A model generated the notes under the pieces. That model saw only the letters and a program-made list of their open reading frames with translations. It did not search any database and was not told the origin of the DNA. The translations under genes and the position numbers were made by a program. DNA of 63,921 bases, filler included, from Octopus bimaculoides (lineage: Eukaryota), in NCBI RefSeq assembly GCF_001194135.2. It is 6 parts of 5 records of this genome, joined end to end, with 100 filler letters (N's around TTAATTAATTAA, not from the genome) between each part and the next. Parts side by side here need not be neighbours in the genome. Positions count along the whole stretch, not along the records: positions 1 to 19,137 come from NC_068981.1; 5 more parts are not named here. One strand, written 5' to 3'. Shown here piece after piece: positions 1 to 13,851 of the stretch (position 1 is its first letter; each line of letters starts with the position of its first letter).

Positions 1-329
1 ATATATATATATATATATAGAGGTATGTATATATATAAGCCCGTGTGTGCACACCCACACATACACACACCTGCACACATATGTCTGTGTATGTAAGTAT
101 GTATGTATGCAAGTAGAATGTGAATATTTTGGCAACAATTAAAATCCTTAACGATTGGTAATATCAAAAGCAGAATTGCTACATATTGCTTCTAATACAA
201 AATTTCACCTGTCTCGCGTCATTAGAGATAAAATTTAAACACTTATTTATCCCTCTCAACGATGCTAGTATTTATATACACTGAGAATTTCACACTCAAA
301 CGTATTATCGAGGTCAGCACTTCAGTGTT

Positions 330-549
330 TACGGGAGGGTGCTGAAAATCTCCTGGCTTTAAGGTATCACGAAAAGCCTGGTTGGAGACCCAACCTGCTG
401 ATTTCTTTTAATGGAACTTAGAAAAACTGAAGGGTTGCGGCAATAAGTGTGTGGATCTGAGAGGAGAATATGTTGAAAAAATTCATGATCAACTGATCCT
501 CCTGCATTTTCTTTTACCCAAAGGCAGGAACTTCTCAGCACCCCTCTTA
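330..549 (+). mobile_element. Mariner-derived MITE (internal deletion derivative)
   Basis: Inverted termini (GAGGGTGCTGAAAA ... TTCTCAGCACCCCTC) with TA-like ends. Interior encodes LEKLKGCGNKCVDLRGEYVEK, resembling a mariner transposase C-terminus. A related copy lies at 62473-62663. Confidence 0.8.
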
Positions 550-1349
550 ATTACGATAAATCAAGAAGAATGTAGCCGGGTTCATTTTGTTTTGCTTTTG
601 ACTGCATGCTATATGAGAATCTGAACTCAGTTGTCGAAGCTTATAAAATGTTAAGGAAGTATGTATTAATGTAGCAGCATTTGCGTTGAGACACAGTATA
701 ATTTTACTATTTAATTTCTATGTTATTCCGGGTATAATTAGCTGTAGCAATAATATCAATTTCTATATTTCTATAAAATATGATTTTCATTGACTTGAGG
801 CAAAATTAATTTTTTTTAAAATGGTATGTAGATAAATTAAATTCGTAAATTACTGAAATGTTACTTATTATAGCTAATATATCGACTTCGTAATATTGCT
901 AGTTATTACTTAATAGATTATATGTGGACGAAATTCTCTGTTGCCTCAGTCAGAAATCATAATGTTTAAAGACAAAATTAATATTATAAAACATTAATCA
1001 CTACTCTCTTTCTCCTGATCATTCTGCATCGATATGAACTTTTACATTGACACTAGACAAAGAATTTATACACTATACAGGCAAAAATATAGCTACATAT
1101 CTTAAGAGTATAGCTACATATAAGAGTATTAAAGATGCTAGATGAACGGAATTCTTACTGTCAGAGATTAGAGCACAATCGTTTCGATATGGATATACAG
1201 GAGAATATGTAGCTTTTGCCTAAGTAAACTACCATTTGACATAGCACAAGAACGAAATTGACATTGGTGCTACACAAAACCTTCATAATATTTAATACAC
1301 TATTAGAAGTTACAAGAAGTAAAAGTATGATACAATAATCTACACCTAC

Positions 1350-1409
1350 CCACTTAAATTCACTTTCCAAATAAAAAGCTTCGACTTCGATAATTTGTGA
1401 ACAAGCCAC
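1350..1409 (-). CDS. Candidate 60-nt internal exon (VACSQIIEVEAFYLESEFKW), unknown protein
   Basis: Minus-strand acceptor TTAACAG, open phase-0 frame and donor TGG|GTAGGT. No homology recognised. Confidence 0.2.
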
Positions 1410-1499
1410 CTGTTAATAACTTAGATAACTTAGATACGTTTCAGCCAAAGATTGCGTCAGACCATATATAACGTAACAACACCGCCTGATAGGATCTGT

Positions 1500-2450
1500 T
1501 AAGTGACTTTTGAGTCAAGTTTTGAGGTATCATGACCCATTCAAATAAGGAGTTGCCGATTGAGATGTCTCCTGGTATGAGTGCTTTATCGGGTTCCTTG
1601 AAGAGGTTTTTTCTAGCTTCGTTTGAAGGCAATAGTTTATTTTTCTTCTTTGATTTGTTTTCGGATAATGTTAAATAGAGCAGGGCCTATTGAGGAAAAG
1701 GCATTGTGTTTCGTTGAATTCATGATGTGAGCATTAATTGTGTAGGGGATGTTTGACAGATGGCTCCAGCTTTGGATGAATTCCGAGTCTGAGGTTACGG
1801 TTGTTTTGGCAATGCTGGTGGTATATTCCCCAAATTGTTGCAACTGGTGTAGTGCTCACTGCATTGTTGGAGAGGATACAGACTCAATGTTTTAAGACGG
1901 TCCCAATAATCAAGGTCAGTCATACCTTTTAATTTTTTTAGTGAATAATATCTTGGGAGAATCAATTCTCGTAATATTTTGTCCGATGTGGGGAAAATAT
2001 AGCTGACAGGAATATTCTAGATTTGGTCGTACAAAGGAGAAAAAGAGGATAACGACATCTCGCTCTCTGGACCCGAAAGTTCTGAGGGTCAAAGTGCTTA
2101 TCCTGCGAACTATATCGACTTCATTGTTGATGTGGACACTCCATCTGAGATTGTTGTCAATAATCACTCCCACGTTCCTGATATTATTGGATGCTGTGAG
2201 TAATTTCCCTGGACGAAATGTTTATGGTTGTTTGAATGCACTTCGTTTGTCGAAGCACATACTTTCAAATTTCCCCTCGTTTTACAGCATGTTTCTCTGC
2301 CCGTTGGCTTACAGCTTGTAGAATAGATTAGAGTTCAATTCGGTCTTCTCCGATGATGATTTTGTGAACCGTGAAGCCATCTACGAATACTTTTATTTTA
2401 CTGTTTTTGATTACACTCGAGATGTTTATACAGACTATAAAGAGAAGTGG
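1500..2450 (-). mobile_element. Decayed CR1/Crack-type LINE, 3' part (RT C-terminus and thumb)
   Basis: Broken frames give DPLLFIVCIN...KIKVFVDG (degenerate FADD), GVIIDNNLRWSVHIN...FVRPNLEYSCQLYFP and AFSSIGPALFNII, typical of CR1-group ORF2 ends. Confidence 0.8.
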
Positions 2451-2496
2451 GTCCAAACTGTTCTCTGTGGACACTGTCAGGGACATTTGCTCGGCT

Positions 2497-2560
2497 TGGT
2501 GGTGGTGGTGGTGGTGGTGGTGGTGGTGNNNNNNNNNNTAGTAGTAGTAGTAGTAGTAGT
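2497..2560. repeat. (GGT)n/(TAG)n compound microsatellite around a small gap
   Basis: Directly visible. Confidence 0.95.
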
Positions 2561-2828
2561 AGACTGTTGCACTGCGGTAGGGTTGGGTGGAATGAGAGCA
2601 GAAACCTGAAATATCACTAGATAATCGGTGCCTTGTGATCAAACTATCTTCTAATATTTCCGTAAGCTAAAATTCTATAAATAAGCATCTCTACAAGAAT
2701 ATATTTTGCAAGAATATATTTTGCAAAAGAAAGACAAAGACAAAAAAAAAAAGAAAATGGGAGAAAGAAAAGAAAGAAAAAACATCAATGCAGTACCAAG
2801 AGCTTCAGTTTGGCGCACACTACAAGGT

Positions 2829-3860
2829 TTAACGGAGCCTACTAAAGCAGGTTTGCATGTTCGCGGCATTACTACGAGAGATAGCGAAACTAGAGCGTTG
2901 GAAAAGCCAAGCACTCTCACGGGTATCACTTGACACCTCGGTAAGGTGGGCTGCCAACGATGACAAGAACTTCGCCGTTGGTAGCCCAGTCCCACCAAAT
3001 GTCTCAAACGGAAGAGGTAGTTCACTGCTAGGTCTTGATACTTCAGGAGTTTGTTCCTTTCGGCTACGGAAGCAGTGTCCTTTACCGTAACATCCTTTAC
3101 CGTAACATCCAGAATGTGGGAGATAGCTAAAGAGTCACAAACCGTGGCGTCCCAGATAAGGAGCCTACCCAGGGACAGAAAGTAAGACCATTTGGTTTGT
3201 TCCCATTACTTCTGGATAACTCCGAGAAATGTGGGGATATTAATCCGACCCAGGGCCCGCTTAATGATTCAATTTAGCTTGGTATGACGAGTGAAGAGAC
3301 TAGCGTTTAGGTGGCTAGGCAGATCGTGAAGACTTGTGGGATGGAATGGCCTACCACAGCAATATCTCAGTCCCCTGCAGACGTTAGCTACCTGAGTGCG
3401 ATGGAAATGTGGAGCTCATCAAGACTGTACAGAACTCTAATGTTGACCACAGGCAGGGCATCAATCCAGTCCCCTAAGGATTTTGCAATAGCAGAAATTA
3501 TGCAACACCTTGAAAATTGATCAGATTGATTAAGAGAGTTGAAAGTGGCACCTGAAGGTAGATTGCCTCATTTCTCTGCTTCCGTATGTCCTCAATTATA
3601 ATAGCAACTCTCCGCTATCTGTAACAGGACTTCATCCATCTCCCTTTCGAAAGGGAGATCTCCTCTCCATGCTGGAGAGGAGATGATGTTACCTACTAAA
3701 CAAGAGAAAGCATGGAGGGAGGAAAGAAAACAGGGAGGAAATAGAGACGAGCTTTTGCGCAAACCTAGAACCCAAACCGTTTGGTCGCGGGACTCTTGGG
3801 AGAATCTGACAATTGAGTTTCCTGAAGATTAGGTTGTCAAAGCAGTGGAGAGATGACGAC
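2829..3860 (-). mobile_element. Decayed CRE-clade non-LTR retrotransposon (RT C-terminus plus restriction-like endonuclease)
   Basis: Manual translation across stops and frameshifts gives NGLGSRFAQKL, KSLGDWIDALP, ELSRSNGNKPNGLTFCPW, WDATVCDSLAIS and PFETFGGTG...AWLFQRSSFAISRSNAAN. These match CRE motifs GGLGxR, GxWLxAxP, RxDGxRPDGxTxxPW, WDxT and QRxSxAxQRGNAA. Stop at 2829-2831. Confidence 0.8.
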
Positions 3861-4095
3861 GAGAATGTATAATCAAAACAATGTATAATCAAGCTAATTT
3901 GTATGCATACTAGACTCATCATTTCTTTTGCCTCTCTACATGAATCATCGCAATGTATGGAAATAGACACCAGTGAGTTCCATCAGCAAAAATTGATGGA
4001 TGTTTACGGATCTTTAGCCTTCCAAATACAAACCTCATTATGGGATGGAATATCATTATTTTGATCTTTTAGAATATTAACCAAATAGATCTCAC

Positions 4096-4313
4096 CTGTC
4101 CTGAAAACATTCAAAAATGAAATGTTGCTACCTGTAATATGAGTAAAATATACATTCGTGTTGTAATTAACACCTGCGAGGTAGGTAATCGTGTATGGAT
4201 TCAATACGTTTTCGTTTTTAGCTCCTAATTTATTTATTCTGACTAATGCATCACCATGTCTCCATTCGACATTTACGGCGGCGAAATTTTTACGTAAATT
4301 CATGTGATTGAGA
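4096..4313 (-). CDS. Candidate internal exon of an uncharacterised protein
   Basis: Lies in a 99-codon stop-free frame (4004-4303) in AT-rich non-repeat DNA. Acceptor TTTAATCAG at 4314-4322 and donor CAG|GTGAGA at 4095. A weaker alternative donor GAG|GTTTGT lies at 4033. Peptide LNHMNLRKNFAAVNVEWRHGDALVRINKLG...FLNVFRT. Confidence 0.45.
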
Positions 4314-5896
4314 CTGATTAAACGCTACATTGTACATGAGATGCATATCCTACACTAGACCTCGGGTATCAATAAACGGTGGGTACGAAAATACGTTCAT
4401 TTCGAAAATCATGGCATTCCGTTTTTCTGTACATCAAAATTCCTTCAAAATACATATTAAGCAAACAACCTTAACACAGCACATTAGTTCTTCGTATGTA
4501 CAATGCAGATAACATTAAACGGTGTATTAACCACAATGATCTTACTCGAATACTAAAGCTTGACATAGCCAACATAAAAGAAAGTGTAGTATTTAACTTT
4601 ATTTCTCAATGATAAAGGATATTAGCTAGGAATAAGATATCAAAGGAAAATCTTGCAGGAAATGTTAGCCTTCTAATCAGTGATCATATGACAGAAGTAT
4701 ATCCATCTTATTTAGATAATGTATTCTGAAAGCTGCTATCTTTACATTTCTTCTTCAAGTATATAAATTGCTGTTCCTAATTAAAACACAAGTAGATTAT
4801 CATAATTAAATCGCAATGCTATTCACAATGCTCACTTGCTCAAATAAAGACGTTATTGGCCTCCATAGCCATCGAACCAGCAACAAGCAGTTACAAACGA
4901 GCATACTACAAATTTTGGATATCTTATGCACATCATTGAACGCAACTATGTTAACGCCTTCAACCGATTAACACTTTCCTCTGTCTGTGTTTCAGGTTCG
5001 GCATGATTTACTCACCCGCCTTTTTTTCTGCAGATACTATCTGCTCACATTTTTGTCACTTGCATCGACAAACTAGAGTTCAAGCGGAGAATTAACACGT
5101 CAGTCTTGCTATGGTAAGAAAGACTGAAAACGCCAAAATAAATAGAAAACCTTGATATTTCATTTTATTTCCAAATGATACAGAAACATGGGTGAGAATA
5201 AGTGAAAAAACGGAAAATTGTAATATTTTTCAGCGGAGGTTTCAATTCTGATTTGAGGCCGTCTTTCAGCCACTACGTAGTTAATTCATCCTACATCGAG
5301 CGTCTCTAATACCACGGTTATTTATTTACGCAAATTAATTTTCGATATAATTGCACCTTTGAGAAAAATGTTACACTAGACCTAATAAATATATATGAAC
5401 TATAATATAACATCTTCCTTTTCAATCAATTATTTTGCTAAAAAATTCAGATTCCTTAAAAAATACGTAAAATATTCCAACAATTACAATTCAATACATT
5501 GCTATACACAATAGTTTTAAATATTTTGTTTTTCTTTAGTAAATTATTGATGTTATTTAGAATGATGTGCTCCATAAAAAGAGAGAAAAAGAATTGCACA
5601 TTATTTAATCAAATAGAACTTATTTCCAGTCTAGTTACTTTCTGAATATCATTTAATGATAAAAATATTCGTGTCATGCCAAGAAATTCTTCTGAACTAG
5701 ACACCTCGGCTTCTTGCCATGAGTTTCTGTTTTCTGAAGATATTTTTTCTTGTGATATTCTATTTTCTTTTAGAGGATATGCTTTAAGAATGCTCGAGAA
5801 TGATAAAAAGAAGTTAGATGCATTGAATATTGAAAATATATTTCCACGGAGGACCTATTGCCTTTGAACACATCAGGCGTACACCGATGTATAATA

Positions 5897-5900
5897 TGTA

Positions 5901-5982
<82 letters not shown>

Positions 5983-6072
5983 TTATCTATTTATCTGCTC
6001 GCACACATACACACGCGCACACACACATACACACACGCACAAACACACACGTACACATATATATATATATCA
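5897..6072. repeat. (CA)n/(TA)n compound microsatellite
   Basis: Directly visible. Confidence 0.95.
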
Positions 6073-7119
6073 TTTTCTAAGTTAGAAAATGTATTAAATA
6101 ATATATTCCAAATTGAAAATATCAACTTGTTCTGATAATTATATTTAACTGACGGTAGATGCAGCATCATACCCTATGGGAAGTGAGATTATCATGGAAA
6201 AGGGAAACCGAACACAAATTATTTAACCTGGCTTATCAGTTATTGGACGTTTAGCCGTGAGTTATCAGGTGAAGAGCTACGTCACATATTCTGATTTCTA
6301 AAAGTACAAAACGAAAATGATTAAAATCGCGACACATTTAATGTATAGCGGTCACCAGATATATCTTATCAGAAATATGCCAAAGTGCCTAAGAAGAAAT
6401 TAAAACTAATTGTTTAAGCGAAGAGTTTACTTATAAATTCTTTGGAGGTATCAACAAGTAAGCTTCCTACATAAGTGAAGTCTGCATTGCATTTATCAGT
6501 TTATTTTTCTTTAGTCACTTTAGAAAAGTTTTGACTATTTTTCTTCATCTGCTTAAAGATTGAATCAGCCGAGAATGTCTAAGGTGGTCACTTTTCCTGA
6601 TAGTGTCTTCAATGTGACGATGTATATGTGAATATGTGTTCCAAATGTGCATATATTTATTGATATATGTTCTGATTTGTCTTCGAATTTCTCCCCAACT
6701 GTTTCCCACTGAATTTAGAAATTTGTGTATATATATANNNNNNNNNNNNNNNNNNNNNNNNNNNNNNNNNNNNNNNNNNNNNNNNNNNNNNNNNNNNNNN
6801 NNNNTATATATAGTAATGGTAAGACAACAAAAGAATGAAAGAGATCTCGATATTATGTAAATACAGGAATTTATCTGTAACATAACATGTGACAAGTACT
6901 CAGTGGCCATAATAAAACTCCGAGTTTCGGATGTCGGGGCGGAAACCTGCACGGGCATCTCTTCAGTTATCGAGGCAATTAAAATATGATATGAAAATGA
7001 CCGTTAAACAAAGGGAAATTACTATGTAATTGACCGTTATTAAAACAAAACAGCTATTTGAATGACCGTTAAATAAGGAGAGGAAGTAAAAAGTAAAGTA
7101 GTAAAAATGCTCATAGCTA

Positions 7120-7718
7120 TCGCGTATGCGTGCATGTACATACATACGCATGCACGCACGCGCACCCACGTACATGTGCCCATATGCATATGCTCACACA
7201 AACTCGCATGAAACACACACATGCGCACCAACACATACGCCAAAAAGATGCTCATATATATGCAACCATGTATGTGTACGTATACAAATCCACACACACG
7301 CTCACCCACACACAAACATGCACATACCCATAAGCGCACAGTTATATTCAAATACACGTCTAAAAATACGCACATGCTATATGCTCGCTCATACTCGAGT
7401 GAAACACATGCATGTACACCCACACATACATGCAACTATGCACATGAATATATACATGTGCATATACACATACCCGCACACACGCACACACACACACGCA
7501 CGATGTACACATTTTTATATCCGCACACCCGTGCACACACACACACACACACGTCTATATACGCATATGCACAAGAAAAATGCTGGGTGGAAGGTAAAAT
7601 ATAAGAAAAAATGTGTAAAAATATATAAAGCAATAAAAATATATCTATAAATATGTAAGAAATACTTAAGAAATATATATAAAACGCATAGCGATAAAAA
7701 GATTATATCGATAGATAG

Positions 7719-7776
<58 letters not shown>

Positions 7777-7825
7777 GCGCAAGCGTGTGAGTGTATGTGT
7801 GTGTGTTTGTGTGTGTGTACAACGG
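7120..7825. repeat. Long degenerate alternating purine-pyrimidine (CA/TA/CG) tract
   Basis: Directly visible. Explains the His/Thr and Val/Cys ORFs here. Confidence 0.9.
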
Positions 7826-8979
7826 ACATTTTAAAACTGAAATGTTAAGGCGTAAACAATCCAACATAGGCTGTTAAGCGGCGAGAGACGAACAGAAGCA
7901 CACATTTTATTGTACATAAGGTCCTATAAAATTTCAACCTACTGAATTTTACTTTTATGCATTGGTCTGACCAAGCTATATTATATGACAATTCCCCATA
8001 AGAACTCCTCAGTGGGACGGAAACCTAAACCACAAGAAGCAGTGTTCACAACTACACTTACATATTCACATAGAACGATGCATGTGACTGCACTTCTAAT
8101 CCTTTGAAAATTATAAGGTATATAAATAGCATATTGAAAACACTAATGAATACAGATTTTCGAATGTGAATAAAACAATAGACAAGTTAGGTATTTTATA
8201 TTATTTCACTACTTTATCTACATTGTAGCGTTTCAAAATTGATCTTGTTAAAAATGCACGTTACAATGAAGCCCAGAGGAATTTCTACCGAATATTTAGA
8301 AAATTTTCTGTTGAAAATTAACAATGGGAAAACTATTTTATAATTGCATGATGATAACGAATGCTATAGAGTTTACCTCAAATAAACTTAAACCAAAAAA
8401 TAGAACAATAATTTATTGAAGTGCAGATTAATATAATCATAACAGGAGCAAGCTCAATTCGGAAGATATAGAAGTAGAATAAATGAATGAAAGAGAACAC
8501 AAAGAAACTATGACTCATAGCTTGTTCTGCCAATTCTCATAATCCGAGTGCAAAACAAGGCAATAGATTTTCTGTTATTAGAAAAGCGTACATTTCATCT
8601 GTACTCGCTGACATTTTTTCATATTAAATAAAATTGCATTATGCTAAATTCATTCGTAGTTTGATGCAAGAACAAATAAAAATATAGATAGGTAAATTGG
8701 TTTTTGTGTGAATGTATGAATTGGACATACTTGATCCAAAACTACATTGCTGAAACACGTAGAGAAATAATACTTGAGATCGTTTACATATCTGTGAGCT
8801 CACAACTTCACAATAGATTCAATAAAATTTATATTTTAAATGAAACAACGAGATAATCAAAATTAATAATATTATTGCAGTCGTCGAACAAAACTAATAC
8901 AATAAATAGTGTGTGTATATATATATATATATATATACATATACACACACACAAACTCATATTTTATAGGGTATATATA

Positions 8980-9144
8980 GGCGCAGGTTTGGCTGTGTGG
9001 CAAGTAGCTCGCTTACCAACCACATGGTTCCGAGTTCAGTTCCACTGCGTGGCACCTTTGGCAAGTATCTCCTACTATACTCTCGGGCCGACCAAAGCCG
9101 TGTAAGTAGATTTGGTAGACGGAAATTTAAAGTAGTCCGTCGTG

Positions 9145-9147
<3 letters not shown>
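8980..9147 (+). mobile_element. tRNA-derived SINE, family A (5' half)
   Basis: Head GGCGCAGG..GGCTGTGTGG..AAGTAGCT..B-box GGTTCCGAGTTCAGTTCC. Homologous to 14765, 27040 (minus) and 58715. Confidence 0.85.
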
Positions 9148-9192
<45 letters not shown>

Positions 9193-10060
9193 NNNNNNNN
9201 NNNNNNNNNNNNNNNNNNNNNNNNNNNNNNNNNNNNNNNNNNNNNNNNNNNNNNNNNNNNNNNNNNNNNNNNNNNNNNNNNNNNNNNNNNNNNNNNNNNN
9301 NNNNNNNNNNNNNNNNNNNNNNNNNNNNNNNNNNNNNNNNNNNNNNNNNNNNNNNNNNNNNNNNNNNNNNNNNNNNNNNNNNNNNNNNNNNNNNNNNNNN
9401 NNNNNNNNNNNNNNNNNNNNNNNNNNNNNNNNNNNNNNNNNNNNNNNNNNNNNNNNNNNNNNNNNNNNNNNNNNNNNNNNNNNNNNNNNNNNNNNNNNNN
9501 NNNNNNNNNNNNNNNNNNNNNNNNNNNNNNNNNNNNNNNNNNNNNNNNNNNNNNNNNNNNNNNNNNNNNNNNNNNNNNNNNNNNNNNNNNNNNNNNNNNN
9601 NNNNNNNNNNNNNNNNNNNNNNNNNNNNNNNNNNNNNNNNNNNNNNNNNNNNNNNNNNNNNNNNNNNNNNNNNNNNNNNNNNNNNNNNNNNNNNNNNNNN
9701 NNNNNNNNNNNNNNNNNNNNNNNNNNNNNNNNNNNNNNNNNNNNNNNNNNNNNNNNNNNNNNNNNNNNNNNNNNNNNNNNNNNNNNNNNNNNNNNNNNNN
9801 NNNNNNNNNNNNNNNNNNNNNNNNNNNNNNNNNNNNNNNNNNNNNNNNNNNNNNNNNNNNNNNNNNNNNNNNNNNNNNNNNNNNNNNNNNNNNNNNNNNN
9901 NNNNNNNNNNNNNNNNNNNNNNNNNNNNNNNNNNNNNNNNNNNNNNNNNNNNNNNNNNNNNNNNNNNNNNNNNNNNNNNNNNNNNNNNNNNNNNNNNNNN
10001 NNNNNNNNNNNNNNNNNNNNNNNNNNNNNNNNNNNNNNNNNNNNNNNNNNNNNNNNNNNN

Positions 10061-10100
<40 letters not shown>

Positions 10101-10154
10101 TATACACATATATACAGGAACATACCTACATATATATGTATATACACATGCATA

Positions 10155-10660
10155 TATGGGTACAGGACGTGAAAAAAATGTAGACAAGTAGAAAAACGAG
10201 ACAGTTAACATAAAGAACCATCCCTTCATCAGCTGTCCACTGTTTTATCAACTCCACATTTCGAACGTGAGGACAAGATGCGTCTTCGTTAAAACAGTCG
10301 TTCCCGCAAAGCAAATTAAATAAAGTTGGGGATTCAAAGTTGGTAACAAAAACTGGACAATGGTAAGGGTTGTTAAGCTAATAACGAGGTAAAGTGGTGA
10401 TCGCTGGAGAAACAAGCTTTGACACGAGACAGACAAAAATGCGTGTTATCCGTGTAGCGTAAGGAGGAGAAAAAAGATAGCCGCTGGTCAAGTGTGAGCA
10501 ACAAGAGAGTCAAGGAGGAAGAGTGAGGAATAGTGAGGGAGAGAGAGGAACAGATAGAGAACGGTGAATGGGGGAGAAGAATTAGAGAGAGCGTGGGAGA
10601 GAAAAAAAATAAAAAAGAGTGAGAATAGAGATAGTCATAGAATAGTGATAGAATTGTCGC
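10155..10660 (-). mobile_element. Probable PLE terminal-repeat-derived segment inverted relative to the adjacent PLE
   Basis: Purine-rich strand mirrors the pyrimidine-rich tail at 12000-12500. Degenerate hammerhead-like TAACGAAGACG..CGTTCGAAA on the minus strand at about 10258-10295. Confidence 0.4.
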
Positions 10661-10869
10661 ATCGTAATTATTAAGAAATAGTTAACATTTTATTATAATC
10701 AAGCCCTCCAATTAATCGCCTTCCGCGAAAAAATTTATCATATCCCAAATACTAAGCTTAAAATTAAAATACATCTCTTTTCCAATACTAATCCTAAATC
10801 TACGGACACTACTTCCACTCTACACCAATCCAATGACTCTCAAAAAAGAACTATATATATTGCACTCGA

Positions 10870-12720
10870 TCGCCCAACTGGCCACCCTGAGGCTATAACA
10901 ATTCAAAAGCCCCAGTCCTGATCAATCCACTACAGCCACACACTCTAGACACTCAAATGCCAGGAAGCTAGAAATCTTATGGTTCGCACCGCCTTTCTCT
11001 CCCCAAGTTAAATCGCTGCATAAACTCTTGTTTAAAATCGTAAAATCTAATTTTCCACCACAGCATAAATGCTATCTCATCTTGAACAAAAACATCCGTG
11101 AAAATCTCCTACTTCACCACACCTAATTTGGGACCCATATTCTCCTCCTCGGACAAACGCAAACTTCACACCAGTCCACGGAGCACTGCACCCCAAATTA
11201 ACCCACATATTAGCAATAACACAAATCTTAGTAACCACCTCCCGCCTCAATTAAAAAAATAACAGTCTCAAGCCGTCATCTCACAATCCTACCTACGCGA
11301 CAACAAGTACTAGCTGCAATACCACTAACTCAGTCCAATACAAATACAGATTGCACTTCAGGTTCTTCTCCACTAATAATGAATCACGGAGCAGATAGGA
11401 AAACTTGCAATCATCAGATTTTTCGACTATGCCTGCTTGGAGGCTCCTGTCTACGTAAAAACGTCGTCTACATGTGCCATGTTATAACCAAGCAATGGTA
11501 TATATCGGCGGCACTATAGATTTTAAGTGCCGCTAAGATGCACGCATGAACTCTTTCTCCAATCCAAATTCTAAATTATCAACCTCCTTAGCAACGTATA
11601 TATGCAACATTAAACCTCAAAATATTACATACACCCTGTCCTGGTCCATAGTAAGCGAACCTCCCTCATACGATACAAATATCGGCAATAGTAAGTTATG
11701 ACTAAAAGAATCATTAACCATTCTTCGCATACATAACTGCACATTACTTAATAGATTCTCTGATGTTATTTACTCTTGTAAACACAAGTACTACTCATCT
11801 TTCACGCATTTGCTAAATCTATGTAATCCCAAATCTTTAAGTATCCATACTTTAAGTATCTTAGTCAAAAGCCCCAGTCCTGATCAATCCACTACAGCCA
11901 CACACTCTAGACACTCAAATGCCAGGAAGCTAGAAATCTTATGGTTCGCACCGCCTTTCTCTCCCCAAGTTAAATCGCTGCATAAACTCTCTTTAAAACT
12001 AACCAATCTACCTCGACCCCTTCCTCTTCATATTTCTCTAGTCAATTTCATACACTGGTCCATACCATAACACCTCTTCCAATACCAACACAATTCCTTT
12101 GTCTATTTTGACCACCTACCTACCCACACTCTATCCCCCTGAATCTCTCATTCCTCCCTACATACCTTACAAATCTCTCTCAGCCACTGAACCAGTCAAC
12201 TTATTTTCCTCAAACAATGGCCATTCCCATTTTCACTACCTCAACCTTTAAATTTATAGCCTTCATACAAGCTAAAACAAAGGTAACCATTCACATACTA
12301 CCTTAATCACCTTTTACTCTTCCTCCCACCTTCCACTTCTACTACTATCACTAGCCTCATTAATAACTCCTAACCCTGAAATTTATTTCTCCTCCCACTA
12401 CACTCTAGCTAAATACCTCCAACGCCTCCTACTAATAAACTTAGCCCTCCATAAAATCATTCCATCTTTAATCCCCTTCCTGTCAACACCTCAAATATAA
12501 AATTGTTCTCTGAAGACGGACGCTGGTATCATCTGATGATGAAATTAATTTACAACCATCTTTTGGACAACCAAGTCCCTACAAACAGCTGTTGGACTTG
12601 TAAAACTCTTATTGTAAAACTCTTATTGTAAAACCTTTTCAATCTCGATAACATTGCTATTCTGTGTAAATCGGACCTTTTCATATGTAAATATATGTAC
12701 ATATTTTGCATTAAATGTAT
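10870..12720 (+). mobile_element. Decayed Penelope-like element (thumb linker, GIY-YIG endonuclease, 3' tail)
   Basis: ILWFAPPFSPQVK...KSNFPPQHK matches the PLE IxWFNPPFS...KHFP motif. CLLGGSCLRKNVVYMCHV, STSLATYICNIK...LSWSIVS and LLNRFSDVIYSCKH match the PLE GIY-YIG region. Degenerate CTGAAGA core at 12510. Confidence 0.85.
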
Positions 12721-13798
12721 TTAATATGTTTGTATATCAACTTGCCTAACTAGCTTATCCTTACATTTACTCCTCTACCTGCTCAAATTTAAATCTCTTG
12801 AGCATTATGAAGTGTATTCTATAAAGAGAATATTTGTCTCTCATTTATATACTATATATATATAAGCGTTATGTAATGTTTTATATACATCTGTGTGTGT
12901 GTGTGTACGTATGTATAAAGCTTTGCACATATATATGTATCAAGGCATATGTATATATGTGTTTGTGTGCTTGTGTTTGTAATTGTGTGTATGTATATAT
13001 GCGTGTGTGTGTGCGTGTGGTTTTGTATGCGTATGTGTGTGTATGTGTGTGTGCGTATGTGTATGTGTAGAATAATATTTATATAAAATTATTTATATCA
13101 AATAATACTTTGCACTAGTATAATTAAATATTAAACTTACGTTCTGTAGAGTGAGCAGATGTGTTTATTATGTCAAAGATCAGCAATCCACTCTGAATTT
13201 TGCAAAACTCAGGGGCTCGTCTTTGGCTAAAACACATACACACATAAACGCATAAGTATTTAATTACATGTAAATATATAATTCAGTGTACGTAAGTTGA
13301 AATCGACTCCTGTTGGATTATATAATCATATNNNNNNNNNNNNNNNNNNNNNNNNNNNNNNNNNNNNNNNNNNNNNNNNNNNNNNNNNNNNNNNNNNNNN
13401 NNNNNNNNNNNNNNNNNNNNNNNNNNNNNNNNNNNNNNNNNNNNNNNNNNNNNNNNNNNNNNNNNNNNNNNNNNNNNNNNNNNNNNNNNNNNNNNNNNNN
13501 NNNNNNNNNNNNNNNNNNNNNNNNNNNNNNNNNNNNNNNNNNNNNNNNNNNNNNNNNNNNNNNNNNNNNNNNNNNNNNNNNNNNNNNNNNNNNNNNNNNN
13601 NNNNNNNNNNNNNNNNNNNNNNNNNNNNNNNNNNNNNNNNNNNNNNNNNNNNNNNNNNNNNNNNNNNNNNNNNNNNNNNNNNNNNNNNNNNNNNNNNNNN
13701 NNNNNNNNNNNNNNNNNNNNNNNNNNNNNNNNNNNNNNNNNNNNNNNNNNNNNNNNNNNNNNNNNNNNNNNNNNNNNNNNNNNNNNNNNNNNNNNNNN

Positions 13799-13851
<53 letters not shown>

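Noticed and set aside
5034-5113. Plus-strand 80-nt segment with TTTCTGCAG acceptor and ATG|GTAAGA donor
   Set aside because: Good splice signals, but no partner exon or recognisable peptide, and it may lie in a repeat. Too weak to call.
6574-6615. Minus-strand peptide TLKTLSGKVTTLDI resembling the ubiquitin N-terminus
   Set aside because: Only about 14 residues, followed by a frameshift or stop, with no C-terminal LRLRGG. Compatible with chance.
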